Part shown: positions 58,170-64,000 of the stretch, one piece after another | Position numbering within the stretch: the first letter of the stretch is position 1 | Layout: each line of letters opens with the position of its first letter | Assembly: GCA_047946875.1 (NCBI GenBank) | Contig: CP181398.1 | Location: forward strand, 463,818 to 527,817 | From: Candidatus Kerfeldbacteria bacterium | GTDB lineage: Bacteria > Patescibacteriota > Patescibacteriia > UBA10025 > JAHIVO01 | Reading direction: 5' to 3' | DNA: 64,000 bases | Position numbers and translations under genes: made by a program | The notes under the pieces: model-generated | Databases searched by the model: none | The model's input: the letters and a program-made list of their open reading frames with translations, nothing else | What the model was told of the DNA's origin: nothing

Positions 58170-58220
58170 ATCAATATTTTGTCAATAAAAAAAGCCTCAC
58201 AAATGTGAAGCTTTAAATAT

Positions 58221-58406
58221 CTATTTTAATCTAGATATTAATCCTATCATTAAGGTTGATATACCAGTTAAAAGAATAAATCCTTCAACCATTAATACTA
58301 CCATTTTGATAGAACCTTTTATCCTTCTTCGAGATCTTATTTGCTTTCTTTTTAAAGAGAGCAGGAGGATAAAACCACCGAAGAGGATAAGTATTTCATT
58401 ATTCAT
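58221..58406 (-). CDS. Small two-TM hypothetical protein
   Basis: AGAGGA SD and downstream terminator. Confidence 0.5.
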   Translation of the reverse strand: MNNEILILFGGFILLLSLKRKQIRSRRRIKGSIKMVVLMVEGFILLTGISTLMIGLISRLK

Positions 58407-58519
58407 ACTAATCCTCTTTTTACTTAATTAAACACTTTAATCAAGTTGGGAATTAGTATGTAAAAAGAGCTAACCTCCGCCTAGAGGTTAGCTCGATTAA
58501 GTATTTATGTCAATACTAA

Positions 58520-59149
58520 CTACTTAGCTTCAATACTAACTTTTTTCATTACATCCCCTATTTCTATCTGCTTAACAATTTCGATACCAAAAGTAACTTT
58601 TCCGAAAATTGTATAATCTTTTGGTAAAGTATCATTATTATCTAACATTATAAAAAACTGAGAACCATTTGTATCAGGACCAGCATTAGCCATAGCAACT
58701 ACACCTAAATCATATTCCTTGGTTATTGGCTCATCTTCAAATTTATATCCTGGTCCACCAGTACCAGTGCCCAAAGGATCACCACCCTGAATAACAAAAC
58801 CTGGCTCTACTCTATGAAATGTTACTCCATCGTAATATCCTTCTTCTGTTAAATAAACAAAATTACTTACAGTTTTTGGTGCATCTTCTGGATATAGCTC
58901 AAATTCTATTACACCTTTAGAAGTTTCCATTTTAACTTTTTTATTAACTATCCTCTCATCTGGTAATTTACCAGGAAATGCGTATGTTTTAGCTTCTGAC
59001 ATATTTGTATTTATCGTATTAGTTGTTAAATTTGTATTTACATTATTATTAATTTTATTATCTTCGCTCTCAGTCATAAATAGCATCACTATTAAAAATA
59101 AAGCTGCGACTGCGATAATACCTAATATAATTTTTGCGCTATTATTCAT
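58520..59149 (-). CDS. Cyclophilin-type peptidyl-prolyl isomerase with N-terminal TM
   Basis: APKTVSNF, FHRV..FVIQGGDP, AMANAGPDTNGSQFF. Confidence 0.93.
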   Translation of the reverse strand: MNNSAKIILGIIAVAALFLIVMLFMTESEDNKINNNVNTNLTTNTINTNMSEAKTYAFPGKLPDERIVNKKVKMETSKGVIEFELYPEDAPKTVSNFVYLTEEGYYDGVTFHRVEPGFVIQGGDPLGTGTGGPGYKFEDEPITKEYDLGVVAMANAGPDTNGSQFFIMLDNNDTLPKDYTIFGKVTFGIEIVKQIEIGDVMKKVSIEAK

Positions 59150-59176
59150 ATATATTTTGATTTATTAATTATTTAA

Positions 59177-60913
59177 TTACCAACTCCCTCCTCCACCTCC
59201 TCCAAAGCCACCTCCAGAAAATCCACCCCCACTACTAAATCCAGAAGTCCCACCCCCAGAACTATTAGGACGGCTAACCATGGCAGAATTTACATTACTT
59301 GTCATAGAGCTAAGAGAATTAGCAAGATATAATGCACCAAAAACATTGCCTGCATTACCCTCATACCAATCAGGTGGCGTTAGATATATATCGTCAAATT
59401 GACCAGCCCATTCTTTTTCTACTCCCAAGACCATGGCATAAGGTAGATTTTCTTCAAAAGATTTGGGTGATTTAGTCGGAGAATTATGAAATTTCAATCG
59501 CTCAGTCTCAGTTACAGACAAAAACCACTTAAATCCAAGAATTTTACTATGTGTTTCTGCTCCCTTAATAGTCTTCCTTGGCATAATGAATGCGAAGATG
59601 ATTGTTATTGCTACACCTACTCCTATACTAACAAATGTCAAAGTCCCAAGAGTGCTTGTAGCAGCTGCTAGTATAAACATAACTATTATAATTGAAATAG
59701 CACCAATACTACCGTACATTGTTCTTACTTTATCAGGGTTAGCAGGAAAATAATCATTTGTAACAACTAATTCATATATTGATTTTTTTATGCCTGGCAG
59801 ATGAGTATAAAATTTATTCTTTAGAGCTGATACTTTCTTTGTGTCATTTTTACCAAAAATTCCTTCAAGTACAAGTTTTTCAAATTCAATTAAACTACCA
59901 TCTGAATCTTTTAATTTTATCAATTCATAATCCTTACTCTTACCTATTAATTTTTTTAGATCAATTTCTTTTATTTTGATATAACCTTTTACTGCCAATT
60001 GAATTATAGTTGCAGATATATCTTTAAGATCAACCTTCTCATCAACAATTGTTCCTAATTCCCCTGCTGTCATCTTATTTGGAGATTCATAAATTGGAAT
60101 AATTGTATCTCGTACTTCTGGATCACGGCCTCGTGTGTACCACAAAAAATACATAACTATAAATATTAACAATGGAAAGAATATTGGCCAATTATCTTGC
60201 ATAAACCATAAAAATAATTGCATTCCATCTGGCTGTATAGTTATACCTTTTGGCCAGCCGAATACTACAGTTAAACCTTCATCTGAAGATAAAGTACTAT
60301 TAGAGGAAAACTCAATCCCCTCATCTATATTAGAAACTGTGCAATCCTGTTCTTCTGAACCATAAATACCTGTATAGCAAGCTGTTTGTAGTTCAGAATT
60401 TGAAATATTTTCTGATAATGAAACTAGAGCACCAGATTTTTTTATATCCAAATACCATTCATTACCAGTAACATTCCAATAAAATTCATCATAATCTTCA
60501 AAATAATTGATTGCCCGATCAACTTTGTATTCAATTACATAATTTTTAACACCTGAAACATACTTATCCGCATCCCCAATTTTTATTTCAAATTCACCGG
60601 AACTCTTGGAGACCGTATAAGTAAGAAAATTGTTATTTTCATCCACTACCGATAATACATTTATTCTCAAATTATATTTATAACCATCTCTTTCATAAGA
60701 ATAAGGAATTGTCCTATAGATACCATGTCTTTCCATTTTCTCAAAATTATAGGTAATATGCTCCACCACAGTGATACTACTATCCTGATTAATCGAAATT
60801 ACGCTATAAAATTGATCAATTTGTTCACCCGAAGGACCAGTATTAAGTCCAAGAGTCATTGTTGGGATAAAAAGTAATATGAATATTAGTACTAATTTTG
60901 TAATTATCTTCAT
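59177..60913 (-). CDS. DUF2207 membrane protein
   Basis: RHGIYRTIP, DEFYWNVTG, LPYAMVLGV, terminal GGGGGGSW. Start moved to 60913. Confidence 0.85.
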   Translation of the reverse strand: MKIITKLVLIFILLFIPTMTLGLNTGPSGEQIDQFYSVISINQDSSITVVEHITYNFEKMERHGIYRTIPYSYERDGYKYNLRINVLSVVDENNNFLTYTVSKSSGEFEIKIGDADKYVSGVKNYVIEYKVDRAINYFEDYDEFYWNVTGNEWYLDIKKSGALVSLSENISNSELQTACYTGIYGSEEQDCTVSNIDEGIEFSSNSTLSSDEGLTVVFGWPKGITIQPDGMQLFLWFMQDNWPIFFPLLIFIVMYFLWYTRGRDPEVRDTIIPIYESPNKMTAGELGTIVDEKVDLKDISATIIQLAVKGYIKIKEIDLKKLIGKSKDYELIKLKDSDGSLIEFEKLVLEGIFGKNDTKKVSALKNKFYTHLPGIKKSIYELVVTNDYFPANPDKVRTMYGSIGAISIIIVMFILAAATSTLGTLTFVSIGVGVAITIIFAFIMPRKTIKGAETHSKILGFKWFLSVTETERLKFHNSPTKSPKSFEENLPYAMVLGVEKEWAGQFDDIYLTPPDWYEGNAGNVFGALYLANSLSSMTSNVNSAMVSRPNSSGGGTSGFSSGGGFSGGGFGGGGGGSW

Positions 60914-61027
60914 AAATTTATTGATAGTAAATATTAATTTTATTATATCATAAAGAAAAATAATATATAACAAAACAGCCTAACATAAATTAGTTGCTAC
61001 CCTCCAGCAATTTTTTAGATATATGTA

Positions 61028-61213
61028 CTACTTATACTGCTGTTTCAGCCTAACATGCTCCACTTCATCTAGACACTCTTCACAATAGACTGGCTCATGT
61101 ATCTCTTCACCACAACCAGAACAATAATTGCGGATGTGTCGTATCCCCAAAAACCTCTTCATCTGTTGGAACTTCATGTCAGTTAACAACTCCTTACGGG
61201 TTTTTGTTCTCAT
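61028..61213 (-). CDS. 61-aa C4 zinc-finger small protein
   Basis: YCSGCGEEIHEPVYCEEC. Confidence 0.6.
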   Translation of the reverse strand: MRTKTRKELLTDMKFQQMKRFLGIRHIRNYCSGCGEEIHEPVYCEECLDEVEHVRLKQQYK

Positions 61214-61653
61214 ATTTTTTATTTAGTGAATAGTTTCAGGCAGTGCCTGATCTCCTGCAAAGCCGGACCAGGCTCTGCCTGGCGGTTACAACTATGCCGG
61301 AAATTATATATTTTAATAAGATATTGCTAGACAGGATCTTTTAAATAACTCTCTGACTTAAGTCCTGGTCACACACCAAGGAATCCGGATCAAGAACTCT
61401 AGATATTAGGAAAAACATCCATTTTCCCTGTTACCTGACTTGATACCTGCTTAATATAAAGAAAGCAATCCTGCCTAACAATCTATTATCAAATTTTTTA
61501 ATAAACAAAAAACCAACTACTATTTTTATTTCAAAATTTTGTGTTGGTATTTGTATTTAGTGTTTCGCAGCTATTTCTACTTGATCTAGCTTTAATCACT
61601 ATAATATTCGATTTTCCACTTCTTTGGCGTTTGGCACCTCAGTAAGTACCTAC
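61214..61653 (-). ncRNA. Candidate long structured RNA or 5' leader
   Basis: TTGACT-17-TATATT promoter at 61654-61682; 15-bp stem 61468-61482/61323-61337 with two G-U pairs that work only on the - strand. Confidence 0.45.
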
Positions 61654-61714
61654 AATATAATATTGAACGGTTTTTTAGTCAAATACTGTCCTGTGGATAA
61701 GTATTTGGTAATAA

Positions 61715-62380
61715 TCAAGACAAAGAAAAAGGATTAAAATTTGTTTTTTCATCATAGACATCAATATTCTCCTTTTGCTTTAATTTATTTGTTATTAGAT
61801 AAGTCAAAGGTGTAGCCAAAGTTTCAAAACTAACTTTAAATATATAATTAGAAATAATAATTGATACCAACAAACTATCAGGTAGCACCCCATAAAAAGC
61901 AACCAAAACAAATATCGATGTATCTATCCCCTCACCTACAATCGTCGAGCTGATAGTTCTTAGCCACAACCTCTTTCCTTGAAAATACACTTTCATTTTT
62001 GCCATGATATATGAATTTGAAAATTCTCCAAAGAAATATGCAATCATCGAAGCAATTACAATCCTTGATGTTAATCCTAATATATTATCGTACGATTCCT
62101 GAAATCCCCAATCAGCTGCAGCTGGCAAATTACCAACAATAACCAAAACTAGAGACATTAATAATGCACTAAAAAAACCTGTCCAGATAACTCTTCGAGC
62201 TGCTTTGTACCCATATACCTCTGTCAAAATATCACCAAATATATATATGATTGGAAAAAGAATAGTTCCACCATCAAAAATAAATGGTCCAAGATCTAGA
62301 ATTTTGGTTGAAGCTATATTAGAAATCAGTAGCACTGCCACAAACAGGCCTAAGATTATATCGAAATATTTATACCTCAT
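61715..62380 (-). CDS. yhhQ: Queuosine precursor transporter (YhhQ/Vut_1)
   Basis: ISNIASTK, GTILFP..YIFGDILTEVYGY, LWLRTISST.VGE.IDT. Confidence 0.88.
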   Translation of the reverse strand: MRYKYFDIILGLFVAVLLISNIASTKILDLGPFIFDGGTILFPIIYIFGDILTEVYGYKAARRVIWTGFFSALLMSLVLVIVGNLPAAADWGFQESYDNILGLTSRIVIASMIAYFFGEFSNSYIMAKMKVYFQGKRLWLRTISSTIVGEGIDTSIFVLVAFYGVLPDSLLVSIIISNYIFKVSFETLATPLTYLITNKLKQKENIDVYDEKTNFNPFSLS

Positions 62381-63111
62381 GTTTTATTCTTAAGTACAGC
62401 TAAGCTAAATTTTACTACCGCAGTTATTATCCTAGGTAGACGCCAAGGTTGCTTGATTAATCTATAGAACCATTCTAAACCAATTTTCCTAATCATTTTT
62501 GGTGCCCTTTCTACATACCCGGATATATAATCAAATGACCCCCCTACTCCCATAGCAATTTTTACAGAAGGTATTTTTGATAAATTTTTCTTAATCCATT
62601 TTTCTTGTTTAACATGTCCAAAAGCAACAAATACAATGTCCGGCCTCCTTCTATTAATCATCTCTATTAATTTTTTATCTTTAAAACGTCTATGCCAACT
62701 ACGGTAGCCTTTCTCAGCTCCAACTATTTTAAGATTTGGAAATCTCTCTATTAATCTCTTTGCTGTAAAAGATGGAATATCATCTCTAGCTCCCAACAAG
62801 TAGATAGAACTCCCTTCTCTTTCTGCGACCTTAGTTATCTCTAACAATAAATCAACACCAGTAATTCTCTGCTTTAATTTCCATCCAAATCTTGGTGCAG
62901 CAAATTTAATTCCCATACCATCAGATAATGACATATCTGATTTATTAAGAATATCTTTAAATTCTTCATCTTTCTGTGCTGCCATTATAAATTCAGGATT
63001 AGTAGTTACTATATAATGCTGCTTTGTACTTTTTAAGTATAATTCAACATTCTCAATTACTTCTGCTAAATACAGATTATCTATTTTTACATTTAGTATT
63101 TTATTTTTCAT
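62377..63111 (-). CDS. WecB/TagA/CpsF glycosyltransferase (GT26)
   Basis: VTTNPE, DGMG, RITGVD, KQEKW, GVGGSFD, RAP...GLEWFYRL. Confidence 0.92.
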   Translation of the reverse strand: MKNKILNVKIDNLYLAEVIENVELYLKSTKQHYIVTTNPEFIMAAQKDEEFKDILNKSDMSLSDGMGIKFAAPRFGWKLKQRITGVDLLLEITKVAEREGSSIYLLGARDDIPSFTAKRLIERFPNLKIVGAEKGYRSWHRRFKDKKLIEMINRRRPDIVFVAFGHVKQEKWIKKNLSKIPSVKIAMGVGGSFDYISGYVERAPKMIRKIGLEWFYRLIKQPWRLPRIITAVVKFSLAVLKNKT

Positions 63112-63172
63112 AATTTTTATACCTTAACTTTTTTGCAATATATATATAATCTAATAATATATGTAATATTAA

Positions 63173-63718
63173 TTATACTTTCCATTTTTTCTTAACCTCA
63201 TTAACCAAACTATTACAACTCTTAAACTCATCCAATTGAGACCAATTTTTTTTTTTTGAATTTCTGATTACTAATTTGTATTTCCACATCATTTCGCTGA
63301 TTCTGAGCTTCTTTTTTATAATTGTGGAATAATATGGCAGATTATCTCGTGCATCAATCATTTTTATTAACCAACAATACTTACCAATCTTATTGATTCT
63401 TTTTTCTGCATTGCGCCATCTATCCTTATAATATTTATATTTATAATCTTGAGTTAAGGCTGAAACAATTCTACTTACTTTTTTTCCAAATTCTTTTTCA
63501 ATTTTCTTGTTAGTACACTTCGTATCTTCTACAACGTCATGCAAAAATCCAGCTACAACAATATCTAGCGGTATTTTTAGTTCCAATAATTTAGTCCCGA
63601 CATTCACACTATGTAAAATAAGTGGCTTCGGATTGCTGTTTGATTCAGTCACATATTTTACTAAGAATATTATTGACTTTTCAATTTTAAATAATTCTTT
63701 TTTTGTATATTTTTGCAT
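63173..63718 (-). CDS. RelA/SpoT-type HD domain protein (small alarmone hydrolase-like)
   Basis: KPLILHS..VG, AGFLHDVVEDT, IKMIDARDN. Confidence 0.75.
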   Translation of the reverse strand: MQKYTKKELFKIEKSIIFLVKYVTESNSNPKPLILHSVNVGTKLLELKIPLDIVVAGFLHDVVEDTKCTNKKIEKEFGKKVSRIVSALTQDYKYKYYKDRWRNAEKRINKIGKYCWLIKMIDARDNLPYYSTIIKKKLRISEMMWKYKLVIRNSKKKNWSQLDEFKSCNSLVNEVKKKWKV

Positions 63719-63817
63719 ATAAATATTATATCATTTTTCTAGAATATAGTCTTTATTAAACAGTCATTTTTTGATACAATACAAATCAGCAAAATACTTA
63801 ATAACTGAGAAAAATCT

Positions 63818-64000
63818 ATGATTAAAAGAGTTGCTAAGATTACAAAAAAAATAGTAATAATATCCTTTATTTCACTTCTAATTACGCCACAATTAACCAT
63901 GGCGCTTACTTTCAATCCAAATTTTATCATGTCGGATAACGACCTTGTAAATTCAACCTCTATGTCCGTAAATAGGATACAGAGTTTTTTGGATTCAAAA
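63818..64000 (+). CDS. 5' part of a secreted protein (runs off window)
   Basis: MIKRVAKITKKIVIISFISLLITPQLTMA-LTFNPNFIMSDNDLVNSTSMSVNRIQSFLDSK: signal peptide, open to the window end. Confidence 0.7.
   Translation, partial: MIKRVAKITKKIVIISFISLLITPQLTMALTFNPNFIMSDNDLVNSTSMSVNRIQSFLDSK

Noticed and set aside
61692-61700. DnaA box (TGTGGATAA), plus a near-match at about 27912-27920, as oriC
   Set aside because: Isolated single boxes with no cluster or dnaA nearby; gene orientation converges here, as at a terminus.
62380-62450. preQ1 riboswitch upstream of yhhQ
   Set aside because: The yhhQ start overlaps the upstream GT26 stop, leaving no leader; the structured region lies downstream of yhhQ.
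182-63722. Numerous 60-170 aa ORFs antisense to or nested in well-supported genes
   Set aside because: Treated as shadow ORFs: no motifs or SD, and composition typical of the antisense of AT-rich coding DNA.
63739-63930. 63-aa minus-strand ORF in the track
   Set aside because: Shadow of the + strand signal-peptide gene starting at 63818.
1-64000. tRNA/rRNA genes and alternative genetic code (UGA=Gly)
   Set aside because: No cloverleaf or rRNA signature was noticed by eye; conserved genes are full length under code 11 and some end in TGA.

Overview
AT-rich bacterial chromosome segment (standard code, TGA used as stop). It is most consistent with a Patescibacteria/CPR genome; this is an inference from gene content, SD-less core genes and a TTCGG-N6-TTCGG box. 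Positions 1-27.5 kb hold a surface-glycan locus (GT2/GT4, ugd, O-antigen ligase-like, DUF4012, second mreB) and core genes mostly on + (holB, frr, rseP, mreBCD-mrdA, greA, lysS, serS, alr, ftsQ-like). Positions 45-64 kb hold core genes mostly on - (rlmN, gltX, solo trpB with a ribosome-type attenuator, dinB-like polymerase, rlmH, cyclophilin, yhhQ, tagA). The flip in orientation suggests the replication terminus lies in between. The middle carries the main discovery. A single Xer-type tyrosine recombinase has a near-palindromic dif-like site (11-6-11) directly downstream of its own promoter. It is followed by a 12-kb co-oriented array of integron-cassette-like accessory genes, and the proximal spacers of that array are repeated, synonymously diverged copies of the 3' end of the xer gene itself, interleaved with REP-like palindromes. 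This looks like a gene-accretion platform anchored at xer/dif with no IntI or attC. To its left is a cluster of tiny orphan genes, most with their own sigma70 promoter, strong SD and terminator. Two ORF-less structured transcripts and several small ORFs missed by the ORF track (including an AbrB-family regulator with a duplicated operator) were also found. All calls come from reading the sequence by eye; no searches were run.
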